This document shows positions 29,101-37,615 of a DNA stretch of 64,000 nucleotides, piece by piece; within the stretch, counting starts at the first letter, position 1, and every line of letters begins with the position of its first letter. The stretch is from a virus (taxonomy: Duplodnaviria > Caudoviricetes): positions 672 through 64,671 of the IMG/VR virus record IMGVR_UViG_3300036820_000018; one strand, written 5' to 3'. The position numbers and the translations under genes are program-made. The notes beneath the pieces were generated by a model. The model searched no databases. It had not been told where the DNA came from and worked only from the letters and a program-made list of their open reading frames with translations.

Positions 29101-29475
29101 CGCGGAGAGCGATTCCATCTGAGCCAACGGACGCTCGTCGTAGACCTCAGGGTTGACCGCGATCTTGTATTGCTGAGCAGCGAAGGTCTGAAGAAGCGCG
29201 TCAGACGCGGCTAGAGATCCTGCGAGAGCCCCTTGGTTGACCTCAACGAAAGCATTCTTGACGGTCGGCTTCTTCGCCCAACTATCGAGGAAGGCTGAGG
29301 CTGAAGTGAGATCCGCAATGAGCTTTGCGTCATCGACCCCGACCTGTGTGTTCGTGGTCTGCTTGCCGAAGTCGGCGATAGCGGCCTCGTCCGCGGCAAG
29401 GGTCGCGAGGAGGTCACGATCATCGGCTGTGACCGAGATCACGATAGGCGGGAGGTAGCCCCCGTCAATAGCCAC
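26167..29475 (-). CDS. tail tape measure protein
   Basis: 1102 aa, Ala/Gly/Leu-rich, ANPIGL...HWNTVW, periodic F/W repeats, SPSPYF. Confidence 0.92.
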   Translation of the reverse strand: MAIDGGYLPPIVISVTADDRDLLATLAADEAAIADFGKQTTNTQVGVDDAKLIADLTSASAFLDSWAKKPTVKNAFVEVNQGALAGSLAASDALLQTFAAQQYKIAVNPEVYDERPLAQMESLSAMLAAMGAVEIDPQISQAHINSILAELDAITHSRDLAIDLELKNVAAVEAQLAALDAMGDSIDKRLLFALPALSPALAGLASGGGNKDGGLLGGVLASTLTSSLWGDSSGSFINRLLSPLSTLSALFSARFMSLGALAGFGPEHLALTGVGLAGSLAGGGIGAGLLGLGALGTEGVGLGTDLAGIGQASGDIKNVLSAQNNLTAAIQDYGAKSTEAAVAARELNGALSGFNPIARQAVVGAADAIQTFKSLFDQYTGLAEKYGAEIITQAVHVADKFLPIIGKYAAENTKIIQTDLQPLFAWISGPGLAIFTELENKFQQDLPTAMQAFDQGVELLIRMIGLIAPQTGGFIASLDRLFTRLNGSGWSKFAGEIERMISLWRTWDAFLKILIKDVADIFGKTAGLGEGIVVLLTGYLNRLHTVLTTAGDSTGLSTVFKLHKQEVLELIQVLIQFGSIMTQIYIGAAPLLIKLATDALKVINALMRFARGIPGGADALGIGLLLLRFSALRGVITTIGFGALTDALKIVAQGMITLATTAIPALDGALGSMDIAADANPIGLITLAILAFAAAIYELVKHWNTVWSFIKSHSLVSALGLAAIPIVGPFLAAAELIATHWNTVWGFMKSVGAWFSGPFVKFFTSIPKHVEEGFGDLLSFFKALPGEIVSFFESLPGDIEAVFKTLPDLALKAIGSLGYLLGQAVGEAIILMVREAELELKVLYFLFVKMPGIIEGLVVSAVGWLVPTGEHLIAGMINGILGFAPKLWTWFLNLPGKLRSFFSDAVHWLVGSGGSSLSGFLVGIAKFYLQVQKWFLGLPGKLISFFGKAGTWLIDAGVALITGFIHGLESKIPHLTGIINGIINTIKKLPLIGGLIGSPSPYFIKVGEAMMEGLEVGQRNNQSRPISALLDTSNRLKTVPFALGGRSGYGGGGMNLVVNAEFNIYAPGGNAGSIKTAIEQGSAEQFARQALASLSAGAGTRT

Positions 29476-29951
29476 TAGGACCCCACGATCGCAGCAGAGA
29501 TGCGCTCAACGGCGAGCGGGGAGATCGACGGTGTCACCTGATCCCAGGCCCTCAGCATGTAGTGAGCGCCGAACTGGTGGACGCTGTGAACGATCACCTC
29601 GGAGCTTCCGTACTCGTGCTCCATGTAGTGACCGGTGTCTGAGAAGAAGGCCAGATAGGGATGACCGAAGATCGTGCCTCCGAGTTCACGCTGCCTGCCG
29701 TAGATGATCGTTGGGCCAACCTCGGCCTCGTAGATCCCCTGTGCGCCTCTCGGGCCTTGCACGTCGATCGAACGTGCAAGGTCCCCTGGAGGGTTCGTCG
29801 AGTTGTCGGGGTAATCCCCCACGGGAGCGTTCGCTATCCCGGCTAGTTGATAGAGGTGGATCGCGTCCGCGGCGATGGCCTGAGTGGCCTGGTCGATGCG
29901 TTGGGCGAGAGCCCGAAGGCCGGCGATCGTGCCAGCAACCTCAACTGGCAT
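29475..29951 (-). CDS. HK97 gp10-like tail completion protein
   Basis: NAPV...PGDLARSI...VGPTIIYGRQRELGG...YMLRAW. Confidence 0.7.
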   Translation of the reverse strand: MPVEVAGTIAGLRALAQRIDQATQAIAADAIHLYQLAGIANAPVGDYPDNSTNPPGDLARSIDVQGPRGAQGIYEAEVGPTIIYGRQRELGGTIFGHPYLAFFSDTGHYMEHEYGSSEVIVHSVHQFGAHYMLRAWDQVTPSISPLAVERISAAIVGS

Positions 29952-30262
29952 TAGTTGGCCTTTCCTCGTTTGCGCGCTGCCGCGGCCATGACCCGTTGCA
30001 TCCGGGTGTCCTTGCTTGCGCCTGAACTCTGCTTGTCGATCTCATCGCGCTCTCGACGGGCGTCCATGATTGCGAACTGAACGTCGTAGACGGCGTCAAC
30101 CACATGGACTTTTGCCATGAACTCGGTGTGGTCTACGACGGCTCCGGGGAAGAGCTTTCGCCACTGATAGGACTGGTATCTGCGGGAGAGGTCAGAGGAG
30201 ACGGGCTCTGCGCTTGCACCTCGGAGGGTGAGGTCGAGGACGAAGAGCCCCCAGTAGGGGTT
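29951..30262 (-). CDS. tail assembly chaperone, -1 frameshift extension
   Basis: Open -1 frame PYWGLFVLDLTLRG...RKRGKAN*; its TAA overlaps the next ATG. Confidence 0.65.
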   Translation of the reverse strand, partial: NPYWGLFVLDLTLRGASAEPVSSDLSRRYQSYQWRKLFPGAVVDHTEFMAKVHVVDAVYDVQFAIMDARRERDEIDKQSSGASKDTRMQRVMAAAARKRGKAN

Positions 30263-30696
30263 GCGTTCTCCTTGTCATTGCCTTGAGGCTCGAAGTTCTC
30301 AGGCATCGCCGCGCTCATGGCCTCGCCACCTGCTGCTTCGACGAGAGCGCCGTAGATGTCTCTCGGCAGTTTCCCGAAGTCAGCGAAGGTCCGGGGAAGG
30401 GGACGACTGAGAGTCCATGAGTGCAGAGTCCCGAAGGCTGACGCCTTACGGAGATTCTGCATCGCCATGGTCTCTTCAAAGGTGAGAGCGAGCGCCTCGT
30501 AGTCTGCCCTGACCCGAGCGGCGAAGCTCTCGTCGCTCTCGCCGTCCTCCTGGGTGGGAGAAACCCGTCCCGCTATCTTTGCCATCGCCGAGCTGGCAGC
30601 TGTGAAAGCGGCCTGAATCAGCGCTTCGTCATCCCCTGTGAGGTCGTTTCTCTCTTTCAAGAGAGCGGTGCCCCCAGGGATATCTACTTCCCTCAT
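30133..30696 (-). CDS. tail assembly chaperone
   Basis: Directly after tail tube gene; LHSWTL; S/T/P-rich tail after candidate slip site. Confidence 0.75.
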   Translation of the reverse strand: MREVDIPGGTALLKERNDLTGDDEALIQAAFTAASSAMAKIAGRVSPTQEDGESDESFAARVRADYEALALTFEETMAMQNLRKASAFGTLHSWTLSRPLPRTFADFGKLPRDIYGALVEAAGGEAMSAAMPENFEPQGNDKENATPTGGSSSSTSPSEVQAQSPSPLTSPADTSPISGESSSPEPS

Positions 30697-30732
30697 TGGT
30701 TCCCTTTCGTGTTGGTTGATGCTGCGGTCGGC

Positions 30733-32181
30733 CTAATAAGCCGAGGCGACGGAATTTGCCACGGTGAGGATGCATGGTGACTCCCCACCTGCTGTCGCGT
30801 CGGTGGTGGTCGGGAGGAACCCGAACTCCACTGGGGTCGTCGCGTAGTCCCCGGTGCGGTCGAGCTCACCAGTGATGAACTGAGCGTTGCTCGAGTGGAT
30901 GTTGAGCGCCGCGCCCGCGACCTGATCGAAGATCGTGAAGTCGAAGGCCTGCTCAAGAGCATTGAGGTAAGCGTTCAACTGCGGAGACCCGGGCTGCTCG
31001 ACGAAGGTCAGCTTGCCTGTGGCGACCTGGGGGCCGGCAAAGTAGCTGAAGTACTGCTGCTGACCCGTTAGAGCCGGGATGCCCTTCACCCCACGTTTGA
31101 AGTCAAACTCCCATTCGGTGACCGTTGGGACGTAGTTCGAGGCGTAGCTGTTCCCGCCGAGCAGGGTGTAGAAGGACCACGGAGCAGGTGACTGCTTGCC
31201 GGTGTAGGACACTGTCGGAGGGCTGATGTTTGGAGTGGCGGGGTTGCCCATCCAGGTGCAGGTGTACTCGACCAGCCCTGTGCCGTTACCCTTGATCGTC
31301 AGCTCGTCGAGTTGCATGGCGGTCATCTCGCGCCATTCCTCACCGTCGAAGTCCCAGAGGGTGAACGATGGCGGCTGAGAGCCGATCAGGGTGACCAATG
31401 CCCCTACGACACCGTTGCCTGTGCCACCAGTCTGGCTGACGAAGGTGCAGCCGGTGAAGGTGGTACCGCTCCCGCCGAGACCGGTGTAGGTGAAGATTGC
31501 TGCCCCCACCGAAGTGTTGACCTGGATCTGTCCTGAAGAGAAGAATCCCGTGGTTGACAAAACCGTGATCGTGGTCAGGGCGCTGACAGCGGTAGTCGCC
31601 CCGTTGTATGTGGTACCCAGACCTGAGTTCTGAACGCTGAACTGGTGCTTGGAGAGCTGGGTGATGGCCGCGTTGGCCACCTGCGTGAAAAGCACCGGGG
31701 AAGACAGAGTCAAACTTGTCGAGCCGCCGCCTGACGCTATCTGGTGAGTTTCCACGGTCCCATTGGCGTTGGATCCGAAGGTGATCCACATGCCGTTGGT
31801 GAAGGTGCTGGCGCTGACAGTGATGGCCGCTGACCCAACCGTGGATGTGGAGAGCGTCACCCCTGTCACGGTCACTGCGGTGTACTTGTCCGGCGAACCG
31901 AACTCGCCCATCAGAAACAGAGGGAAGCTGTCGAGGTAGGGAGGTGCACTCCAGCCGTGGGTGTCGTCGCGGATCCCGGTGACGTATTGGTACGTCTCGA
32001 CCATCGACCCCTGAAGAGTCTGGTCGGGGAGGATCATCAGATTGGGCTTGTACTTCGGGCCCTTGACTGGGATCGCGTAAGACGGGCCGCCTGAAGGCGG
32101 CGTGCCTTTGGTGATCTCGCGTCCAATGGCGATCTCGGTTTCGGCGACGGCATATGCCTGGCCGTTGTAGAAGGCGGGCAT
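30733..32181 (-). CDS. major tail tube protein with inserted beta domains
   Basis: IAIGREITKGT start; QPPSFTLWD; position in module. Confidence 0.8.
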   Translation of the reverse strand: MPAFYNGQAYAVAETEIAIGREITKGTPPSGGPSYAIPVKGPKYKPNLMILPDQTLQGSMVETYQYVTGIRDDTHGWSAPPYLDSFPLFLMGEFGSPDKYTAVTVTGVTLSTSTVGSAAITVSASTFTNGMWITFGSNANGTVETHQIASGGGSTSLTLSSPVLFTQVANAAITQLSKHQFSVQNSGLGTTYNGATTAVSALTTITVLSTTGFFSSGQIQVNTSVGAAIFTYTGLGGSGTTFTGCTFVSQTGGTGNGVVGALVTLIGSQPPSFTLWDFDGEEWREMTAMQLDELTIKGNGTGLVEYTCTWMGNPATPNISPPTVSYTGKQSPAPWSFYTLLGGNSYASNYVPTVTEWEFDFKRGVKGIPALTGQQQYFSYFAGPQVATGKLTFVEQPGSPQLNAYLNALEQAFDFTIFDQVAGAALNIHSSNAQFITGELDRTGDYATTPVEFGFLPTTTDATAGGESPCILTVANSVASAY

Positions 32182-32184
32182 GTG

Positions 32185-32493
32185 TTACTCCTCAGGGTCG
32201 TCGTCAGCCGAAGGGCCAGACGGGGTGGGTGTTGAGACAACAGGTGGTACAACCGCAACGGTCTGAGCTTGCGGCGGAGGGCCGTCTGAGCGGGGGACCT
32301 CGGCATCTGAGACCTCGAGGTAAGGCCCGAAGTCGGCAGGAGCCTCGTTGCCCTCTTCGTCTTTCACCGGGTCTCCGACTTCGACCTGTGCGCTCTCGCC
32401 GGGGTGAAGCCCGACAGTGCGACCTTCGATGTCCTTCAAGCTCGGCCAGTGACGCCACGAGTCGCTCTTGTTGGTGACGGTTTTGACAGACAT
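32185..32493 (-). CDS. hypothetical protein
   Basis: 102 aa with AGGAG RBS. Confidence 0.6.
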   Translation of the reverse strand: MSVKTVTNKSDSWRHWPSLKDIEGRTVGLHPGESAQVEVGDPVKDEEGNEAPADFGPYLEVSDAEVPRSDGPPPQAQTVAVVPPVVSTPTPSGPSADDDPEE

Positions 32494-32503
32494 GGGTTCT
32501 CCT

Positions 32504-33043
32504 TTAAATGCCGGTGCCGACGAGCTGCTCCCATGCTTGGTAGCGCATGGAGCCGTTGATGAAGATCGTCAGTCCGTCGGGGTCGGTGTAGGGCTGGAGC
32601 ATCCGGTGGTCCACGCCTGTGCCCACCTCGCCACCTGACATCCAGATGATCCCTGAGGGGCCTGGCTTCTGGTTGTTGCGGATCAGGATGAAGAGGGCGT
32701 CGACGATCGCGTCGTAGTCGAGCTGAGCGATCAGACCGTCACCTGAGACGTTGACGAACCAAAGTTCGAGGGCGAGTTGGTGCTTGTTGAAGTCATCGAC
32801 TGCGCCGAGGCCGGTGAGAGCGACGCGCGAGCGCTGATCGTCGGGCATGTTCACGACGATCACGCACCCAGAGCCGTTCTCGTTGCTCTGTGAGGTCACC
32901 TGGTAGGCCAGACCGTTCATGTGGTCGGTGTAGGCCTGCTCTTGAAGGATGACCGGGCGAGCGGCGAACACTGTCCCGACGTTTGCGATGTTCGCCTGTT
33001 GGATCTGCTGAGCGATGATCTGGCGGACCTGGACTCGGCCCAC
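32504..33043 (-). CDS. putative tail terminator
   Basis: Size and synteny. Confidence 0.55.
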   Translation of the reverse strand: MGRVQVRQIIAQQIQQANIANVGTVFAARPVILQEQAYTDHMNGLAYQVTSQSNENGSGCVIVVNMPDDQRSRVALTGLGAVDDFNKHQLALELWFVNVSGDGLIAQLDYDAIVDALFILIRNNQKPGPSGIIWMSGGEVGTGVDHRMLQPYTDPDGLTIFINGSMRYQAWEQLVGTGI

Positions 33044-34066
33044 CTAGACCTTCGACTTCGTGCGCACCATGTAGGGCTTCAGAAGCTTCATCGCCTTGCC
33101 GTAGTCAGTGGTTGCGCCGGCTTGGCCGAGCGCCTTCCCACTGGGCTGACCCCCCGGAGTAGTCGGCATGACCTGAGCCATTGACCCTCTCCCCTTGATG
33201 AGAACGGTGGTGAGGCTGATACAGGCCTGCTCGATGTCATCGGGGAGGGTCGTGACGGGGGTGAAGTCGGGCGCTATGGGGAGGACGTGGCCGTTCTGGA
33301 AGGCGCTCGTGGTGAGGGTGCAGAGGTTCGCTGACGGGCTTCCCGGGGTGATCCCGGCGACCAAGACGAACTCGGTCAGGGCCTTGTCCGCGATGCGGAA
33401 CGTTGTCATCCCCGGAAACACGCCCCAGAGCCCCCCAGAGCCGTTGGTGGCCTGAACCACACAGGTCGTCGCTCCCTGGCTCACAGGCTCAGCCAGGACC
33501 GTGTGGGGGTAGCCGTAGACATAGGACCAGACCGCGTAGGCCGATCCTCCGTAACCGCCCCAAGGGGTCACTGGAGAGCCGACATCGCCTGGACGGACCG
33601 GGTAGCCGTAGAGGGGCACGTAGATCGTGCGGATCCCAGTGGTCACAGCAGCCGAGAGGGAGGACCCGATCGAAGTGACGTTGCCCGGGTACGAGCCGAC
33701 GTCGATACCGATGACCGGCCCGATCGGCTTGTAGTTGCAAATCAAACTGAGACGACCGTTGCGCACCTTGACGGTGTCTGATTCGACCGACAGCCCGGCA
33801 GCGGGAGTCACTCCTGTTGCTGCTGCGCTGGCTCCGAAGCAGATCTGCCCAACCCAACGCGACGCTCGACGGATCTCATCAGCGAGGACGAAGGCCTCTT
33901 GACCGGGGTTGTTCTTCGAGGGGATCAGGAGCGAGGTGTTGATCGCAGTGGGGGCGAAGCCGTAGACCGAGTTCGAGATCAGAGGTGCTGAAGGGGCTCC
34001 AACAACCGCGAGATTCGGGGGGACGATCGGTGTCGTGAGCACGACAGGCGTGTAAGGCAGCGTCAC
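33044..34066 (-). CDS. head-tail adaptor with inserted domain
   Basis: IRRASRWVGQIC...YVYGY...LPDDIEQAC...AMKLLKPY. Confidence 0.7.
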   Translation of the reverse strand: MTLPYTPVVLTTPIVPPNLAVVGAPSAPLISNSVYGFAPTAINTSLLIPSKNNPGQEAFVLADEIRRASRWVGQICFGASAAATGVTPAAGLSVESDTVKVRNGRLSLICNYKPIGPVIGIDVGSYPGNVTSIGSSLSAAVTTGIRTIYVPLYGYPVRPGDVGSPVTPWGGYGGSAYAVWSYVYGYPHTVLAEPVSQGATTCVVQATNGSGGLWGVFPGMTTFRIADKALTEFVLVAGITPGSPSANLCTLTTSAFQNGHVLPIAPDFTPVTTLPDDIEQACISLTTVLIKGRGSMAQVMPTTPGGQPSGKALGQAGATTDYGKAMKLLKPYMVRTKSKV

Positions 34067-34110
34067 GCTGTGCTCCTCTGCTAGAAAAAGGCGATGGAAC
34101 CTGAGCCAGA

Positions 34111-34443
34111 GTGAACAAGCACAAGGCGAAGAAGGCTCAGATGAAGGCGCTGACACAACTCACGGCGCTGGTCCCTCAGAACGTTCCGCTCAGGAACAGC
34201 TACGACCGGTATGTCGGCACATCAAGGGCGAGCTACTTCGAGCTCCACAACTACCGTCACCGTGATCGGAACTTTCTCCCGACCAATCTCGACATGCTCG
34301 TATTCGGCGGTGATGGACTTAGTGACCCACCCATCAGCCTGAAGTCTGTGGAGCAGATGAGTGACGTTGTCGACCGTGTCGCTGCCATCGACGCGCTTCT
34401 TGCCCATTCAGATGTGACACCCATCGTGACCCGCAGGACGTGA
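34111..34443 (+). CDS. hypothetical protein on the opposite strand
   Basis: 110-aa ORF filling a gap in the structural operon. Confidence 0.55.
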   Translation: MNKHKAKKAQMKALTQLTALVPQNVPLRNSYDRYVGTSRASYFELHNYRHRDRNFLPTNLDMLVFGGDGLSDPPISLKSVEQMSDVVDRVAAIDALLAHSDVTPIVTRRT

Positions 34444-34611
34444 ACAGCGAATCGTTTCGCTGGTCCAGGGACTCTCTGGGACCCAGTGGTCACACCTTGG
34501 GTACTCGCGCCAACGCAGTAATCGCATCTTGGGATAGTAAATGGCCCGGTCCTCGGGAATGCAGAACACCGGGTTCTCCGCGTCAATACGGTCCGAGTCG
34601 TAGCAGCGCAT
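34408..34611 (-). CDS. small protein with CSRxxGHxGxH motif
   Basis: Motif shared with 60946-61197; TGATG coupling. Confidence 0.55.
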   Translation of the reverse strand: MRCYDSDRIDAENPVFCIPEDRAIYYPKMRLLRWREYPRCDHWVPESPWTSETIRCSRPAGHDGCHI

Positions 34612-34865
34612 CAGAGTGGGCCTTTTGCTTGGTTTATCTCGGCCTTCCGGAGGTCCTCAAGATAGAGACGCCCGGTTGATGAGAGCACCGGCCGAGATAG
34701 CCCCACGATCAGTTTCTGCTTCCACAAAGCATCCACATCGTAGAAGGCGATGGGACCGTATCGCCCTTCTAGCGATCTGCGGGAGGTGCCTCCCCAAGCG
34801 ATGTCCTTAAGGATCTCATCCCGACGTGCCTTTACGACTGTCCGGGTTCCGTGCCCTCTGACCAT
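34611..34865 (-). CDS. small basic protein, possibly wHTH
   Basis: ORF after GAAGG; LSSTGRLYL. Confidence 0.5.
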   Translation of the reverse strand: MVRGHGTRTVVKARRDEILKDIAWGGTSRRSLEGRYGPIAFYDVDALWKQKLIVGLSRPVLSSTGRLYLEDLRKAEINQAKGPL

Positions 34866-35028
34866 CAGGCACCTTCGCACAATGAGGATCGCAAAAGCAA
34901 TCCATCAACGGTTGAGGCCTCGGGGAACCCAGCTAGCTCTCGCAGAGCCCAGGGGCTCTTTCGCCGGGGGTCCCCGAAGACCTCGAATGAATATTATTCA
35001 GGGCTACTTCACTATTCCACGGAGCCCA

Positions 35029-35532
35029 TCAGTGATATCCCCCACAAGCGCATCCTTCAGCGTACTTGTGATGGTGAAGCACCTCTGAGTGACGATGAGG
35101 CTCGGCTCCGAGGGTACGCAGGATGTGCAGCACCCGACCGTCTAGGCGCTTCCAGTTCCCCGGACCACAGATCGAGCCGTTGTCGTCGATCTGATTCGCT
35201 CGGGCAATCGCATCGGGGAACCGCTTCATGAGCGAGGACCGAAACCGTGTACACCCCAGCGCGTTGTCCACGAGAGATCCCATGATCCCGCGATAGGGGC
35301 TCACCGACCACTCACACAGACACGACTGCGCCTCTTGCAGAGCCTCGACCTTGATCTCAATGTCGTGCTCGATCACAAGGAACGTTCTGTACTCGCCCCA
35401 GAGCCGTTCTAAGAGCTTGGCGTAGGCCGTGTCACTCTCACTGACGTCGAAGTGTTCTGCGTCAGGACAGAGGTCTGAGAGGGCGCTGAGGGAGATCGGG
35501 TGTGTCTCGGTGTAAGGGACGATGACCCTCAC
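35029..35532 (-). CDS. small glycosyltransferase-like (GT-A fold) protein
   Basis: MRVIVPY, LVIEHDI (DxD-like), ALGCTRF, LD, terminal VLHH. Confidence 0.6.
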   Translation of the reverse strand: MRVIVPYTETHPISLSALSDLCPDAEHFDVSESDTAYAKLLERLWGEYRTFLVIEHDIEIKVEALQEAQSCLCEWSVSPYRGIMGSLVDNALGCTRFRSSLMKRFPDAIARANQIDDNGSICGPGNWKRLDGRVLHILRTLGAEPHRHSEVLHHHKYAEGCACGGYH

Positions 35533-35918
35533 TAGGCGGCAGGACCAGCTGCCTTAGCTTGAGCAGCGGGCTGGGACTGCGCCTGCTTGAGGGTCTGGGA
35601 GGGGACTTGAGCCGCTTGCCTTTGCTTCTGCGGCAACGCGTCCCCATCGTCTTCTTTGATCCGACCCGCGACCACCTCTTCGTTGACCTCGTCAGGCGTG
35701 TAGAACTTCTCGCCCTTTTGGCCCCTGAACTTGGTGAGGGCTTGACCGACCTCTTCGGGGACTTCGATCCATCCGTCTTCGTCGGCCTCGTACTTGCCTC
35801 CCTCGTGAGAGAGGCCCGAGCCGCCCGAGGGGTTGAGACGGGTCTCGAAGATACGCCGGCCCGGACGAAGCGGATCCTGGACCCTGACTTGCTGCTCTTT
35901 GAACATCTTGATGTACAT
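35532..35918 (-). CDS. hypothetical protein following the capsid gene
   Basis: YEADEDGWIEVP; GAAAGGGAACC upstream. Confidence 0.7.
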   Translation of the reverse strand: MYIKMFKEQQVRVQDPLRPGRRIFETRLNPSGGSGLSHEGGKYEADEDGWIEVPEEVGQALTKFRGQKGEKFYTPDEVNEEVVAGRIKEDDGDALPQKQRQAAQVPSQTLKQAQSQPAAQAKAAGPAA

Positions 35919-35949
35919 CGGTTCCCTTTCGTCTGCGAAGGATGCCCAA

Positions 35950-35989
35950 GAGCCGCGAGAGGAAGTGGGAACCAGACCTCTCGCGGCTC
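35950..35989 (-). terminator. stem-loop after capsid gene
   Basis: GAGCCGCGAGAGG/CCTCTCGCGGCTC 13-bp inverted repeat, weak U-tract. Confidence 0.65.
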
Positions 35990-36006
35990 AAGGACGACTT
36001 GTGTGG

Positions 36007-37530
36007 TTAGGCCAGTCCTGCGGCGATGTTCGTCAGGACGCCCATAACCGGCGCGGCCCGATTCTCAAAGGCCGTGATCGACCTGATTTCAAAGTCGTAT
36101 CTCGGACCACCGTTAGCGGTGCCCTGTGCGATCCGCGACGCTCCGTAGTCGAAGCGCCAGAAGTCGATCAGGGTCTCGACGCTCAAAGAGGTCGAGATGT
36201 TGGCTCCCGGGAACGGGACCTCGTCGACGACAGCGACGATCTGACCTGGGGGAAGGTGCGGCTGGAGCTCCAAGGTGATGGGCTTGCCGTTCACCGTCTT
36301 GTTCAGGTAGATCGCGACCGCACCACCGGCCACCATGCGAGCACGGCCCGATGAGTCAGTCGGGACCAACCACGTCACGGCCTGTGGGTTGTCCAACAGG
36401 GCATTCGCGATGTCGTTGATCGACTGAGACCCCATCAAGAGTCGCGTCGGGGTGAGCTGGTAGGTGTCGTAGATAGCCCGGTTCATGACGTCGATCTGCT
36501 CGATCGCCGCACCCTGCACGCTCAGCTGGGCTCCGTCGAGGGACTGGTAGTACGCCCCTTGTGTGGTGCCTGTGCCTGGGGTGATGAGGTTGGTGAACGT
36601 CAGGCCGTTACCAAGCTGGTCGGGCTGAGACGCGTAGTCCCCGAGGATCGAAGCCGTGAGGCCGTTCATCCAGTAGGACTGGTAGGACACATCTGCGGTC
36701 GGCACAGAAGTCGGCCCCTGCAGCCCGGAGTTGTAGATCCCAGACAGTGAGGGAACGTTCTGAGCAACCGTCGGGATGGCCGTGATCGTCACGGTGTTGG
36801 TCGTGGTCGTGGTGTAGTAAAACTCCGCACCCGACGAAGACCCGACGTACCAGTCATAGGCCGCAGCACCCTTGACAGCAGTCACCAATCCGGCCACTGA
36901 GGCCGTTGAGCCTGTGGTCGCCTGTGACGCCTCAGAGGAAGCAACCTGGGAACCGCCTCGGTAGTAGTTCACTCCCGAGCGTGCAGCCACCTTGACGTAG
37001 ACCGTCGCTGAGCCTGAGATCGTCCCGCCCGTGGTCGACGCAGCAAGCGTCGGGGTGGCGATCGTCGGCAGAGCGAAGTTCTGCGCGTTGAGCTGGTGGA
37101 TGTCCATACCGATCAGCACCTGGTTGATCGTCTGCATGGTGTCTACAGCCAAGGCATCCGCGTACCCCTGGGCAGTGGCGAGCGCGTCTTCAGACACCGT
37201 GCCACCGAGGGCCAGAGGAACGAACTGGCTCGCGAGGTACTGGTTCTGGATCTTGACGAGCGCACCGGCCTGCTCAAAAGGCGTACCGATGTCGGGCTGG
37301 AGGTTGTTGATGTTGAGCAGGGTCTGCCAGAAAGCGAACCTTGCGCCTTGGTCGGCCCCGTGTCGGGGAGTCGAGTTGAAGAAGGGCGTGTCGACCGGTA
37401 CCAAGCTGTAGAGCTTGGGGTCGAGCATCACACCCGCGATGCCTGTTCCGGTCGTGATGCCGTTCGTGGCGGCCTTGACCATCGACAGTGTTTCCTCGGT
37501 TATCCCGAGGGTGTCGGATCCCCAAGACAT
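36007..37530 (-). CDS. major capsid protein with inserted beta-sandwich domain
   Basis: Follows protease and scaffold; LVPVDTPF...; insert TPTLAASTTGG...AVKGAAAYDWYVG; ends GVLTNI. Confidence 0.85.
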   Translation of the reverse strand: MSWGSDTLGITEETLSMVKAATNGITTGTGIAGVMLDPKLYSLVPVDTPFFNSTPRHGADQGARFAFWQTLLNINNLQPDIGTPFEQAGALVKIQNQYLASQFVPLALGGTVSEDALATAQGYADALAVDTMQTINQVLIGMDIHQLNAQNFALPTIATPTLAASTTGGTISGSATVYVKVAARSGVNYYRGGSQVASSEASQATTGSTASVAGLVTAVKGAAAYDWYVGSSSGAEFYYTTTTTNTVTITAIPTVAQNVPSLSGIYNSGLQGPTSVPTADVSYQSYWMNGLTASILGDYASQPDQLGNGLTFTNLITPGTGTTQGAYYQSLDGAQLSVQGAAIEQIDVMNRAIYDTYQLTPTRLLMGSQSINDIANALLDNPQAVTWLVPTDSSGRARMVAGGAVAIYLNKTVNGKPITLELQPHLPPGQIVAVVDEVPFPGANISTSLSVETLIDFWRFDYGASRIAQGTANGGPRYDFEIRSITAFENRAAPVMGVLTNIAAGLA

Positions 37531-37615
37531 TGGGGGTCTCCTTTCTGTGCCAGGGCGCGCTTAGGCAGACCCAGTGGCACGAACAGGGGGAATGCGCCTT
37601 TAGGGGCGCTGAGAT

